Of a DNA stretch of 64,000 nt, positions 1 through 9,518 are shown piece after piece. The first letter of the stretch is position 1, and each line of letters starts with the position of its first letter. Source of the DNA: an uncultured Flavobacteriales bacterium (GTDB lineage: Bacteria > Bacteroidota > Bacteroidia > AKYH767-A > 2013-40CM-41-45); the NCBI GenBank assembly GCA_964595205.1, contig CAZQOQ010000004.1, positions 15,277-79,276 on the forward strand. Direction: 5' to 3'. Made by a program: the position numbers and the translations under genes. The notes beneath the pieces are model-generated. The model ran no database searches, was not told where the DNA came from, and saw nothing but the letters and a program-made list of their open reading frames with translations.

Positions 1-356
1 ATAACGGCGATGAGCATTTTCATCATATCGGGTGTATAACCAATGATCAGTCCGCCTGCGATGGTGATAATGGCAAATATTCCGGCGAGTAATAACCTGA
101 GTAAAATGATGCTCGACAGGTGCTTGCTGAGCAGGTGATTATTCTGTGAAATGTTTTTATTGTTGAAGTTGGTAATGCCCAGGTCCAACAAGATATTCAG
201 CAGAAATGAAAAATTGAAGATGGCGTAGTAGAAACCATATTGCTCTGTTCCTACCGCATTCTGCACGGCGACTTCTATTCCTAAAATCCAGAATGGCTTT
301 ATGAGCAGATTCAGGAATAAAACTAAAGCCAGATTGGTAATAAATTTCCGCTGCAT
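1..356 (-). CDS. Polysaccharide-biosynthesis / oligosaccharide flippase-like membrane protein (Wzx/MATE-like), N-terminal portion only. The gene continues past the window start.
   Basis: Reverse-strand translation from the ATG at 354-356 gives MQRKFITNLALVLFLNLLIKPFWILGIEVAVQNAVGTEQYGFYYAIFNFSFLLNILLDLGITNF..., with successive hydrophobic helices typical of polysaccharide-biosynthesis flippases. It is absent from the ORF track because it runs off the window edge. Confidence 0.45.
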   Translation of the reverse strand, partial: MQRKFITNLALVLFLNLLIKPFWILGIEVAVQNAVGTEQYGFYYAIFNFSFLLNILLDLGITNFNNKNISQNNHLLSKHLSSIILLRLLLAGIFAIITIAGGLIIGYTPDMMKMLIAV

Positions 357-401
357 ATTGATAGGAGTGCGGCAAATGTAGTTTTTTTCTGACTCTAATG
401 A

Positions 402-547
402 TAGTCTTTAGACTTTAGTCTCTAGTCTTTAGTCTCAGGTATTGGCATTTTTTCAATAAATTATATACTCAGAAATATTCAGAGAATATCGTACTAATAT
501 CTAAAAACTAGAGACTAGAGACTAACGACTAGGGACTAAAGACTAAC
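402..547. repeat. Imperfect inverted repeat built from tandem heptamers (TAGTCTT/TAGACTT-type units). Arms lie at about 402-438 and 508-547 and are separated by an AT-rich spacer. The right arm ends at the stop codon of the histidine kinase gene.
   Basis: Read directly: the left arm is tagtctttagactttagtctctagtctttagtctcag, and the right arm ctagagactagagactaacgactagggactaaagactaac is about 80% complementary to it. Confidence 0.6.
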
Positions 548-549
548 AA

Positions 550-2430
550 CTATGCAAAAGGAATTTCAATCTTAAAAGTAGTAGAAACCAATGGTGTGGA
601 ATCTACGGTTATTTTCCCGCCATAGGAGCTGATGATATCTTTTGCCACGCTGAGTCCAAGGCCAACTCCTTTGCCCGGTAATCGTGTGGTGAAAAAATGG
701 TCGAAGATCTTTTCCCGGATTTCTTTTCTGATTCCAATGCCATTATCTGAAATTGAAATAGTGACCATTTTGTTTTCCATGGCAGTGGCAATTTTTATCC
801 TTGGTGAAAATTGTTCGGTCTTTAATTTTTCCTGGATGGCTAAAAAAGCGTTGCTGAATATATTAACCAGAACTCTGCCTACTTCCTGGGTATTTACTGT
901 TAATGAAGGTATGCCGGTAGAATAGTCCCGTATGATTTCGGGATTGAAATTTTCATCCTGCAGCGACAGGGAATTTATGGAAATATTAAGGTACGTATTA
1001 CACAGGTCGTTGATGTTGGTGATTTCAGCTTTACCCGGACTAATTCGGACATGATTTAAAATTTTTTGTACGCTTTCTTCCATCCTGTCGGCATGATCGG
1101 AGATTTTCTGAACTATTTTCTTGGTTTCATTTATGGAAATGGTTCTTTCTTTCTCCGACTGGGCATTGCTGATTTCATCAAGTATTTCATAGGTGCCTTT
1201 CGAAAAACCGGCGATGAAATTGAGTGGATTGAGCATTTCATGTGCAATTCCTGCGCTTAGTTTTCCCATCGAAGCAAGTTTTTCCTGGTTGATTAGCTGT
1301 TGTTGTACCGATTCGATTTTCTTTTTCTTCCTGCGGCTGTCTGCCAGCGCTACAAAAGTGATAATCACTATCACAAAAAAACTTAACGTGATCACCTGGT
1401 ATAGCCTCGTTCGCTTCTGTTCTTCAACGATCATTTCCCGTTGCTTTGCTTCACGGAGTTCATTTTCCTTTTTTTCGTTTTCGAGTGTGAGTTTAATGTT
1501 CAAACTCGCAAGATCAAAGAGGTTTTTTTCGTTGATGATTGAATCTTTCAGCAGGACATATTTGTTTAGATATTCAACAGCTTCTTTATAGTTCCCCTTT
1601 TCATATGATATCCGGTACAAAAGATGATAGCAATTCATGAATGCCTGTCCGGTGTTAATGTTCCTTCCATGCGATATCACATTTTTGGCATAATACTCTG
1701 TCTGTGCTGAGTTGCCCCTCAAATTCCACGTCATCGCAAGCTCTGCACCATAACGCTGAACATTCGGTGTGTCATTTAATTCAATCGAACTGTTGTAAAG
1801 CGGCATGAAGTAATAGAGAGCAGAATCGCTATTGGAAATATTTAGATAATATTTACCCATTCCATAAGAGTATTCCCTCAACGATTGATCCGATTTACTC
1901 ATTCCGGCAAAAGCTTTTGAGACGTTCAGATAGTGTAATGCTTTCTTACTGTCCTTATTGTCTGAATAAGCCAGGCCAAGCAGGTATGCAAGCCTGCCTG
2001 CCCTGATGGAGTCATTAACCTGCAACGACTTTTCATAGCCGGACTCGAAATAGGGGATAGCTTCATTGTAGTTTTTCTGTAGATAATAGATTAAACCGAT
2101 TTGCATTTCTGTTCTGCCTTCCCGGTTTAAATCTTTTGAATTTTTAAAGATGTTCAGTGCCCGGAAGAAATAATTGTATGCAAGGGGATAATTGAATGTA
2201 CGGACCAGGTAATATTTACCGAACAGATAACATGATTTCGCAACTTTAACAGAATCCCCTGAAACAACAGCATGATGGAGCGTATCTTGCAGGGATTCTA
2301 TCGGGAATTCGTTAACGGTTCCGATCTTTTTTTCGAGATCGTCGAAGAAAAAATCTTCGGATTCCGATCCGTGTAAAAGTCCTGACCTAAGCAGGATGAA
2401 TGCAAGGAAGAACAAAAAAGTCTTTTTCAT
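550..2430 (-). CDS. Sensor histidine kinase with a signal peptide, extracytoplasmic TPR repeats, one transmembrane helix and HisKA plus HATPase_c domains.
   Basis: The N-terminus [14 protein letters not shown] is hydrophobic, followed by TPR-like Y/L-rich repeats and a transmembrane segment [21 protein letters not shown]. The H-box is [13 protein letters not shown], and the G-boxes include [15 protein letters not shown]. Confidence 0.85.
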   Translation of the reverse strand: MKKTFLFFLAFILLRSGLLHGSESEDFFFDDLEKKIGTVNEFPIESLQDTLHHAVVSGDSVKVAKSCYLFGKYYLVRTFNYPLAYNYFFRALNIFKNSKDLNREGRTEMQIGLIYYLQKNYNEAIPYFESGYEKSLQVNDSIRAGRLAYLLGLAYSDNKDSKKALHYLNVSKAFAGMSKSDQSLREYSYGMGKYYLNISNSDSALYYFMPLYNSSIELNDTPNVQRYGAELAMTWNLRGNSAQTEYYAKNVISHGRNINTGQAFMNCYHLLYRISYEKGNYKEAVEYLNKYVLLKDSIINEKNLFDLASLNIKLTLENEKKENELREAKQREMIVEEQKRTRLYQVITLSFFVIVIITFVALADSRRKKKKIESVQQQLINQEKLASMGKLSAGIAHEMLNPLNFIAGFSKGTYEILDEISNAQSEKERTISINETKKIVQKISDHADRMEESVQKILNHVRISPGKAEITNINDLCNTYLNISINSLSLQDENFNPEIIRDYSTGIPSLTVNTQEVGRVLVNIFSNAFLAIQEKLKTEQFSPRIKIATAMENKMVTISISDNGIGIRKEIREKIFDHFFTTRLPGKGVGLGLSVAKDIISSYGGKITVDSTPLVSTTFKIEIPFA

Positions 2431-2433
2431 ACT

Positions 2434-2868
2434 TCAATACTTCGAGCAATCGGCCGGGCACATCGACTGGTTTATATAAATCCCGCTTGCAGGTCCGGGA
2501 GTTATTTCTGTACTGTCCGTGTAGGTTCCTTTAACAACAAGCGAGAGAATGTTGCTTTCGTTTTCGACCAGGTCCATGCAAAGTGTATTGTTTTTTCTTT
2601 CATCAAAAATTTTATCAAACACTTTTTTACTCATCATGAAACCTGTCGTCTTGTAAATCGAAACATCTCCTCTATGTGCCTCACGGTAAGCGTTGACACG
2701 GTCTGTAGCCCAATCGGCTGAAACCTCTTGACCCCCGTATTTTTGTTCTTTGTCTGCATACCTGTTAGTATCGTCGCAATGAGGAAATTCTTTAAGAACT
2801 TCATAGATATTTAATCCCAGGGATAAAATTAATGCGACTGTAAGCACATCTGATCTCGTCAATGCCAT
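2434..2868 (-). CDS. Small membrane-anchored hypothetical protein, paralog A of a tandem pair. Unknown family.
   Basis: The N-terminal hydrophobic anchor contains SLGLNIYE. Conserved blocks shared with the neighbour are DWAxxxVxxYRxAH, SKKVFDxIF and the C-terminal INQSMCPADC. Its stop lies 3 nt before the histidine kinase start codon. Confidence 0.6.
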   Translation of the reverse strand: MALTRSDVLTVALILSLGLNIYEVLKEFPHCDDTNRYADKEQKYGGQEVSADWATDRVNAYREAHRGDVSIYKTTGFMMSKKVFDKIFDERKNNTLCMDLVENESNILSLVVKGTYTDSTEITPGPASGIYINQSMCPADCSKY

Positions 2869-2923
2869 GATTCATTGTATTTAAAATGTGTAATTTTCAA
2901 CCTGCAGTTTTAAAGATGCATAT

Positions 2924-3448
2924 TTAATAAATACTCATATTACAATCAGCAGGACACATCGACTGATTGATAAATACTCTGTCTTCTTTTCCGTTTAATG
3001 TAACTTCAGAAAAATCAGTAGATACTCCTCTTGCAATCAGGTATGGTGTTTTTGAATTTAATATCAGATCGAATCTCACCATATTTATTTTAGTATCGCT
3101 GCTATTAAAAATATGATCAAAGACTTTTTTGCTGAACAAAAAACCCGTTATCTCTTTTTCATGAGCCGTACGATAGTTCATCACCTGCGTTTTAGCCCAA
3201 TCTGTATTCACTTCTTCTCCGCCACGATGGAGGTCATTCGGATCAAACCTTCCGTCATTGTCGCAAAAAGACCACTGATTGGTTCCGGGACCTTTTTTGG
3301 GTCCCTGAGTGGTGGTCGAATCCTCATTGCAGCATGCATTTTCACACATGGAATTACATTTTTTTAATAAAGTAATTTCATAAATATTTAATCCCAGTGA
3401 AACAATAAGCGCTAATAATAATAAATTCATTTTCATAGTTGGTGTCAT
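2924..3448 (-). CDS. Small membrane-anchored hypothetical protein, paralog B, carrying an extra Cys-rich insert. Unknown family.
   Basis: It shares SLGLNIYE, TDWAKTQVMNYRTAH, FSKKVFDHIF and the C-terminal INQSMCPADC with paralog A. It has a Cys-rich segment CNSMCENACCNEDS. Confidence 0.6.
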   Translation of the reverse strand: MTPTMKMNLLLLALIVSLGLNIYEITLLKKCNSMCENACCNEDSTTTQGPKKGPGTNQWSFCDNDGRFDPNDLHRGGEEVNTDWAKTQVMNYRTAHEKEITGFLFSKKVFDHIFNSSDTKINMVRFDLILNSKTPYLIARGVSTDFSEVTLNGKEDRVFINQSMCPADCNMSIY

Positions 3449-3752
3449 TTTGTTTTTTTTTAGAAGTTAAACATGTAAAATAATATAAACGTGAATGATA
3501 CTGTTAATGATTTTAACCTGGATTGTTTTTTTTGTTGTATAAATAATTATAATAATACCGGAAAAATCCGGATTGATTTTAAAGAATAAATTTTATCAAA
3601 AACCTGTGTGTCGACCTAAATAATTTAATAACATTAGGATTATTATTTTTAAAAAGCAAATAATTTAATTAAAACATTGCAAAAAATTAAAAATAACCGG
3701 ATTTAATATTCAAAAAATTATTTGACGAAATTCCTCAATTATCAAATTACCT

Positions 3753-3795
3753 AAAAATCGAAATATCAAATTATCAAATTATCACATTCTATAAT
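3753..3795. repeat. Tandem octamer repeat (ATCAAATT/ATCACATT units) lying immediately 3' of the dsbD stop codon. The same motif appears at 28475-28515.
   Basis: Read directly: atcaaattatcaaattatcacattc. The region is AT-rich. Confidence 0.45.
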
Positions 3796-5790
3796 TTACT
3801 TCCTCAACTGATACCTGCACAATCCCTCATTCAAAAAAGCCAGGTAATCTGCGATACTCATCATGCCGCCATGAGGCTGTGCAAGTATTTTCGCATTGTT
3901 GTCGATCAGAACATAATAAGGCTGTGAATTGGTGCCATATACACTCGCCTGGAAATCGCTCCACTTGTTGCCGGTTGTGCGTATTAATTTTCCTGTAGTC
4001 GGTGAGGTGTGCTGCTGATCATCGGGTAGAGGAGTTTTATCGTCGACGTACAGGGAGATGATGATATAATCATTCATCAGCCGCTTTAAAACAGCGGGAT
4101 CGCTCCAGACTTTGTCCTCCATCTTCCTGCAATTGACGCACGACCAGCCTGTGAAATCAAGCATTACCGGCTTACCTTGCGATTTTGCATAACGCATTCC
4201 TTCATCATAAACATGGAAACAATTCAGGTTATGGGGACATTCGCTTTCCGTACCCGTTTTCCATTCTTTATAAAATTCGGGTGGCGGAAACCCGCTGATC
4301 AGTTTCAATGGAGCTCCCCAGATTCCGGGTATGAGATAGATTGTAAACGTAAATACGAGTATGGCAAGAAGTAAACGGGCGGTAGAGATAAAGGGAAGAT
4401 CATTATCGTGCGACAACTTTAACTTTCCAATCAGATACAAACCGAGTAAAAAGAAGATGATCACCCATATGCAGACGAATAATTCCCTGTGAAGTATTCC
4501 CCAATGATAGGCGAGATCTACATTCGACAGGAACTTGAGAGCGAGGGCAAGCTCAAGAAATCCGAGAGTAACTTTAACCGTATTGAGCCAGCCTCCTGAT
4601 TTGGGTAAAGAATTCAACCACCCGGGAAACAAGGAGAAGATTGCAAAGGGAACTGCAAGGGCAAAAGAAAATCCAGCCATACCCGCGAGCGGCCCTATAT
4701 AACTTTGTCCCTGTGCTGCCTCGACCAGCAACGTCCCAATGATCGGCCCCGTACAGGAAAATGAAACCAGCGAGAGCGTGAAGGCCATAAAGAAGATGCC
4801 GATCAATCCGCCCCTGTCGCTCGCCGAATCAGCCTTGTTTATGATCCAGCTTGGCAGGGTAATTTCGAATGCACCAAAAAACGAAATTGCAAAAATGACG
4901 AAGATCACGAAAAAGGCCAGGTTGAAGAATGCATTACTGGAGAGGTCGTTCAGCGCGTCGGATCCGAAGCTGATCGTCACCAGTAAACCGAGTGTAACAT
5001 ATATCAAAATGATAGAGGCCGCATAGATCATCGCATTCCTGATTCCTTTGCCACGACTTCCGCTTCGTTTCGTGAAAAAACTCACTGTAAGGGGTATCAT
5101 CGGAAACACGCAGGGTGTAAGCAGGGCCAGCAAACCTCCCAGCATACCGGCAATGAAAATTCCAAGGAAAGATCTGTTCGAATGGGGACTTTCGGTACCG
5201 TCTCCACAACCCGGTTCAAGCTGAAAATCCTTGTCTGAAGTCTTTATTTTTGCAGTATCTGTGCCTGCTGGAACCACAACAAAGGTCGAAGCGCCGGCGG
5301 TATCCGGAATTATCACCGGATCAGATTTTACTCCCGTTTTTTCTCCCGAAGCTGACGACAAGTTAAAAGTGAAAACCGTGTCCATCATGGTACATGATTG
5401 CAAACAAACCATGTAATCAATCCTGCCCTTTATTTTACAGTTGCTTCCGTTTAATTTAATCGTTTGCCTGAATTCTACTTCTTCCGAAAACGAATGTACC
5501 TTAACTCCAAATGACGAATCGAATTCAATATGAGGCCGGGGCTCGATAACATTTCCAATGAGGGTTGCACAATCGTTTTTGTCAAAAGTGAAAACCAACG
5601 GTAGCGGGCCGCCATCGGGTGTATGCTGGGAATACATATGCCAGCCTTCATCCAGTGTAATTTGAAACAGGAGATCAATATTACCGTCTTTTTTTTCGAC
5701 TGATTTAAACGTCCAATGCGCAGGATAAATCATCTGCCCGGACGATTGCAGTGCGACGAAAAGAAAATAAAACAGTACTATTTTTTTCAT
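3796..5790 (-). CDS. dsbD: Thiol:disulfide interchange protein DsbD. It has an N-terminal DsbD-type periplasmic domain, a CcdA-like transmembrane core and a C-terminal thioredoxin domain.
   Basis: There is a signal peptide, a transmembrane core with TPCVFPMIPLTVSFF, and a C-terminal thioredoxin motif WSCVNCRKMEDKVW. Confidence 0.85.
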   Translation of the reverse strand: MKKIVLFYFLFVALQSSGQMIYPAHWTFKSVEKKDGNIDLLFQITLDEGWHMYSQHTPDGGPLPLVFTFDKNDCATLIGNVIEPRPHIEFDSSFGVKVHSFSEEVEFRQTIKLNGSNCKIKGRIDYMVCLQSCTMMDTVFTFNLSSASGEKTGVKSDPVIIPDTAGASTFVVVPAGTDTAKIKTSDKDFQLEPGCGDGTESPHSNRSFLGIFIAGMLGGLLALLTPCVFPMIPLTVSFFTKRSGSRGKGIRNAMIYAASIILIYVTLGLLVTISFGSDALNDLSSNAFFNLAFFVIFVIFAISFFGAFEITLPSWIINKADSASDRGGLIGIFFMAFTLSLVSFSCTGPIIGTLLVEAAQGQSYIGPLAGMAGFSFALAVPFAIFSLFPGWLNSLPKSGGWLNTVKVTLGFLELALALKFLSNVDLAYHWGILHRELFVCIWVIIFFLLGLYLIGKLKLSHDNDLPFISTARLLLAILVFTFTIYLIPGIWGAPLKLISGFPPPEFYKEWKTGTESECPHNLNCFHVYDEGMRYAKSQGKPVMLDFTGWSCVNCRKMEDKVWSDPAVLKRLMNDYIIISLYVDDKTPLPDDQQHTSPTTGKLIRTTGNKWSDFQASVYGTNSQPYYVLIDNNAKILAQPHGGMMSIADYLAFLNEGLCRYQLRK

Positions 5791-5916
5791 AGGGAATTAA
5801 TAGTGTCTTTCAACGGAATTTTACGCCGAATGTTTAACAAGGGAACGAATTTACGCAAGTTTCATCAACAGATCGTCCTTAATATTACTGTATTTTAATC
5901 GATACAAACAGTATAA

Positions 5917-6669
5917 TCAGCTGCTAAACCATTCATAGACAATTTTCATGTTTAATTCATCTGATTTTGATTTGACTATGTCACGTTCTACCCGTCCTTC
6001 TTTCATCTGGATAATACGAGTCCCATATTCAACGACATCTTTCAGGTTGTGCGTAACCAGGAGCGCCGTCAGTTTGTATTCTCTGATCACCCTGTTCGTC
6101 AGCCTCATTATCAGTTCCGAAGTTTTCGGATCCAAAGCAGCAGTCGGCTCATCAAGCAATAGCAATTCAGTGTCGTCCATGATCGACATCAACAGCGCCA
6201 ATGCCTGTCTTTGTCCTCCGGAAAGACTTCCCATTACCTGGTCGATTTTATTTTCCAGTCCGAGATTTAAAATGGAAATACGCTCCTTAACTGTCGATCT
6301 GAATTTTTCATTCGTTCCCACATACAACCCTTTTGAACCGGTCCGCAGCGAAGCGAGCCTGAAATTTTCCAGGATGGTGAGTTCCGATGCAGTTCCAGCC
6401 AGTGGATTTTGAAATATCCTCGCAAGCCAGCGGCTTCTTTGATAGTCTTTCAGATGTGAGATTTCTTTATCATCCAGGAAGATCGTTCCCTCATCGGGGA
6501 AAATGGTTCCGGCAATTAAATTCAGGAGCGAAGATTTACCTGAACCATTGCTGCCGATTACAATTATGAAATCATTCTTCCTGATTTCAAGATTGAAATC
6601 GCTGAAGAGACGGATCTCATTCGGGCTGCCTTTTGCAAAAGTTTTATTTATGGATTTAAGTTTAATCAC
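5917..6669 (-). CDS. ABC transporter ATP-binding protein (COG1101-type partner of the adjacent permease). It probably uses a GTG start.
   Basis: Walker A is GSNGSGKSSLLNLIAG, the signature is LSGGQRQALAL, and Walker B is LLLLDEPTAALD. The start codon at 6667-6669 is GTG. Confidence 0.85.
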   Translation of the reverse strand: MIKLKSINKTFAKGSPNEIRLFSDFNLEIRKNDFIIVIGSNGSGKSSLLNLIAGTIFPDEGTIFLDDKEISHLKDYQRSRWLARIFQNPLAGTASELTILENFRLASLRTGSKGLYVGTNEKFRSTVKERISILNLGLENKIDQVMGSLSGGQRQALALLMSIMDDTELLLLDEPTAALDPKTSELIMRLTNRVIREYKLTALLVTHNLKDVVEYGTRIIQMKEGRVERDIVKSKSDELNMKIVYEWFSS

Positions 6670-7546
6670 GTAACCGTTTTAAATTTGGTATGCTCACGTT
6701 TAAATTTGGTATGCTCACGACGATCAGTACAAATACAGCAACGACAAGTTTCAGATAGAGCGGGTCGATACCAACCGACAGAGCAAATGCAAGTATCAAC
6801 CGGAAGATGATTGCCCCTGCAACCACGCCAAGGAGATGGATTGATATGTTTTGGGTTTTTACAATCCTGAGAAAAATCTCTCCAATCATGACTGATCCCA
6901 ACCCGAGAATCACGATTCCGATTCCCATTCCGATATCGGCAAAACCCTGTACCTGGGCGATGAGATAACCGCTCACTGCCGTGAGACCATTTGCCAGCGC
7001 CAATCCGGTTATTTTCATTTTATCGGTATTGACGCCAAGCGCACGGATCATCGTTTCATTATTTCCGGTTGCCCGCATCGCCAAACCGAAATCGGTCCGC
7101 AGCAATCTCGACAGACAAAAAAATATGAAACCGATAAAGATGAGAAGAACCAGAAACTGTGACTGCATTAATGAGAACCCGCTGATCTGATAGAAAATAG
7201 TCGGGGTATCGATAAGGGGAATATTCGATTTGCCCATAATAGCCAGGTTCACGGAATAGAGTGCAGTCATTACCAATATACCGGACAGCAGTGCATTCAG
7301 TTTTAATTTGGTATGTATGATTGCCGTCACGGAACCTGCGATCGCTCCGGCAAGAAAAGTTGCCGGAAGTGCGATCAGAACATTTTGCTCCGAATGAAGC
7401 ATCATGGCCGTAACAGCTCCGCCAAGTGTGAAGGAACCATCGGTTGTAATGTCCGGAATGTTGAAGATGCGCATGGAAATAAAGATGCCCATGGCCAGCG
7501 CGGAAAATCCCAGTCCGAGAATGATGGCGGTGAGGTAGAAATTCAT
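6662..7546 (-). CDS. ABC transporter permease (COG4120-like, BMP/uncharacterised ABC system).
   Basis: It is a polytopic hydrophobic protein that sits between the substrate-binding gene and the ATPase gene, overlapping the ATPase start by 8 bp. Confidence 0.8.
   Translation of the reverse strand: MNFYLTAIILGLGFSALAMGIFISMRIFNIPDITTDGSFTLGGAVTAMMLHSEQNVLIALPATFLAGAIAGSVTAIIHTKLKLNALLSGILVMTALYSVNLAIMGKSNIPLIDTPTIFYQISGFSLMQSQFLVLLIFIGFIFFCLSRLLRTDFGLAMRATGNNETMIRALGVNTDKMKITGLALANGLTAVSGYLIAQVQGFADIGMGIGIVILGLGSVMIGEIFLRIVKTQNISIHLLGVVAGAIIFRLILAFALSVGIDPLYLKLVVAVFVLIVVSIPNLNVSIPNLKRLRD
6678..6719. repeat. Perfect 21-bp tandem duplication (2 x tttaaatttggtatgctcacg), in frame, within the C-terminal tail of the permease.
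   Basis: The two copies at 6678-6698 and 6699-6719 are identical. They encode SIPNLNV twice, giving ...VSIPNLNVSIPNLKRLRD*. Confidence 0.9.
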
Positions 7547-7595
7547 CAGTGTAAAAATAGAAATATACCGGTGAGAAAACCGCAGTATTTCCGTA

Positions 7596-8582
7596 TTAGT
7601 TTACAGGCGTAAATGTGCTGTCGAACTGCACGTTAAATTGTTTTGCTTTATCAGCGTTAAAAACTTTCCGCCTGATTTTCACTATTTCGGCTTGTAATTT
7701 TGCAGTCGATTTATTTTTTAAAAACTCAGCAGCCTGCTTCCCTGATTGGAATCCCCACTGGTACATGTCTGCTCCGAATGCAGCAAGTGCACCGCGTTTA
7801 ACAAGTCCCTCTTCACTCGTAAACACAGGCACGTTTGCTTCATCGCAACTCTTCACAATAATCTCCATCGAAGAGAATACGACATTATCAGGAAGTGCAA
7901 AGAAGACGTCGATGCTTTTTCCAAGCAGCGACTGAACCACCAGCTGTGTCTCATTGGAATTGTTAACAGGCATTTCGACAAGCTCAATTCCTGCATTCGC
8001 ACATGTTTTTTTAATTTCATTCAAAGCATCCACCGATTGAGGCTCACTTTGATTGTAAATGGTTCCGATCTGCCTGACCTGAGGGTAATACTGACTGATG
8101 AGCATGACAGAAGTATCCAGGTAGTCGAGTGTTTCGTACACGCCAAAAAGATTTTCCGGGGCTTTCCCGTTTTTGTTAACCAGTCCTGCTAAATCCGGCC
8201 GGGGCGATACCATCATAAACACCGGTATGTCTTTTGTCTTTTGTACGGCTGTAATGGTGGAAAGAGTGGGATTGGTTGCAATCAGTTCAACATTTTTTGA
8301 AATTAAAAAATCGCACGCCTGCACAAGCGATGGCTGATCTCCCTGGGCATTCCTGTAGATAACTTCTATCGTATTTTTATTTTCGTCATACCCGGCTTCT
8401 TTCAAAGCATCAAAGAAACCATTCTTGGCCTGTGATAGGGTCTCGTCCTGCAGTAAATCAAGAAAGCCAATCACCGGAATCGGGTTTTTTTCAGTGGAGG
8501 AGCAACCCGCTAAACAGTAAACAAAAAAAATAACTATCAGGAAATTTTGAATAGTCTTCACCTGAAAATATTTAGTATGCAA
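7596..8582 (-). CDS. ABC transporter substrate-binding lipoprotein (ABC_sub_bind / COG2984 family).
   Basis: There is a lipoprotein signal (LAGCSS). It is the first gene of the three-gene transporter operon, and the length and composition fit an ABC_sub_bind-type protein. Confidence 0.75.
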   Translation of the reverse strand: MHTKYFQVKTIQNFLIVIFFVYCLAGCSSTEKNPIPVIGFLDLLQDETLSQAKNGFFDALKEAGYDENKNTIEVIYRNAQGDQPSLVQACDFLISKNVELIATNPTLSTITAVQKTKDIPVFMMVSPRPDLAGLVNKNGKAPENLFGVYETLDYLDTSVMLISQYYPQVRQIGTIYNQSEPQSVDALNEIKKTCANAGIELVEMPVNNSNETQLVVQSLLGKSIDVFFALPDNVVFSSMEIIVKSCDEANVPVFTSEEGLVKRGALAAFGADMYQWGFQSGKQAAEFLKNKSTAKLQAEIVKIRRKVFNADKAKQFNVQFDSTFTPVN

Positions 8583-8648
8583 TTTATTAAAGTTGGTGCA
8601 AGTAATATCTATCCCCGGACTCAGTTCCCAGGCTCCGGACTGTTTTTT

Positions 8649-9518
8649 CTACCAGCTACCACCGGCGCCGCCGCCGCCGCTTCCGCCGCCGCCAAATCCG
8701 CCGAAACCACCGCCACCGAAACCACCGCCGCCGAATCCACTCCCTCCGGAAAAATTTCCCCACGAGCCGCGACTCCTGTTTGATGCTGCATTGAGCAGCG
8801 CCCAGGCTGCCCAGAAGGCAAGATTATTTTTCCTGGCATATCTTCTTACCCGGCCAAACCGGGAGATGATGACGATGAAAATGATAAACAGAAACATGAA
8901 GAAGGGAAAAAATACAGGCTTCTTTTTTTTCGCCTTCATGTATTCTTCTGCAGTAAACTCACCCTTCACGATAGACATGATCGAGTTTGTTCCATCTTCA
9001 AGTCCGGTATAAAAATCTCCCCGCCTGAAGGCAGGAACAATGTCACGGTCTACGATGCGTTTACAGATTGCATCAGGCAGCACACCCTCAATGCCATATC
9101 CGGTGGTTATCCAGACTTTATGATCTTCAACCGCCACAAGAATGAGCACTCCGTTATTCTTGGAAGCCTGGCCGATTTTCCATTTATTAAAAAGCTGAAC
9201 GGAATATTCTGCAATCTCATAATTTCCGGTGGAACGCATGATGACGACTGCGATCTGCGTAGAGGTGGAGTCGTTGAAAGCGACCAGTTTACTCTCCAGT
9301 GATGCGCGCTGATCCTGGCTGAGAACTCCGGAATAATCTGAAACGATGGTGGAAGGCCTTTCAGGAAAATCCTGTGCATGAATGACCAGGAGATTCGAAA
9401 AAAACAAACCCAATAAGAAAATTATTGATAGTCCGTTTCTAATTGCGAACCTGCCCGTAACTTTCCACTCACTTTTTTTTTCCAAAAATAATTTCATCAG
9501 ACAGTTCGTTTTTATCAT
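8649..9518 (-). CDS. TPM-domain (YgcG-like) membrane protein with a Gly-rich C-terminal tail.
   Basis: It has a signal peptide, a TPM core NNGVLILVAVEDHKVWITTGYGIEG, a transmembrane helix, and a C-terminal GGSGFGGGGFGGGGFGGFGGGGSGGGG run. An alternative start lies at 9497. Confidence 0.75.
   Translation of the reverse strand: MIKTNCLMKLFLEKKSEWKVTGRFAIRNGLSIIFLLGLFFSNLLVIHAQDFPERPSTIVSDYSGVLSQDQRASLESKLVAFNDSTSTQIAVVIMRSTGNYEIAEYSVQLFNKWKIGQASKNNGVLILVAVEDHKVWITTGYGIEGVLPDAICKRIVDRDIVPAFRRGDFYTGLEDGTNSIMSIVKGEFTAEEYMKAKKKKPVFFPFFMFLFIIFIVIISRFGRVRRYARKNNLAFWAAWALLNAASNRSRGSWGNFSGGSGFGGGGFGGGGFGGFGGGGSGGGGAGGSW

Noticed and set aside
402-547. Considered whether the short tandem repeats here, and those at 28428-28515 and 56622-56830, form a CRISPR array.
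   Set aside because: The units are 7-8 bp and directly abutting or palindromic, with no 25-40-bp spacers, so the architecture is wrong for CRISPR.
5948-6412. A 154-aa plus-strand ORF inside the ABC ATPase gene.
   Set aside because: It is fully nested antisense to a well-supported Walker A/B ATPase ORF and has low-complexity composition.
8593-9012. A 139-aa plus-strand ORF encoding a poly-proline run (PPAPPPPLPPPPNPPKPPPP).
   Set aside because: It is the antisense shadow of the Gly-rich (GGC/GGT codon) tail of the minus-strand TPM gene, not an independent gene.
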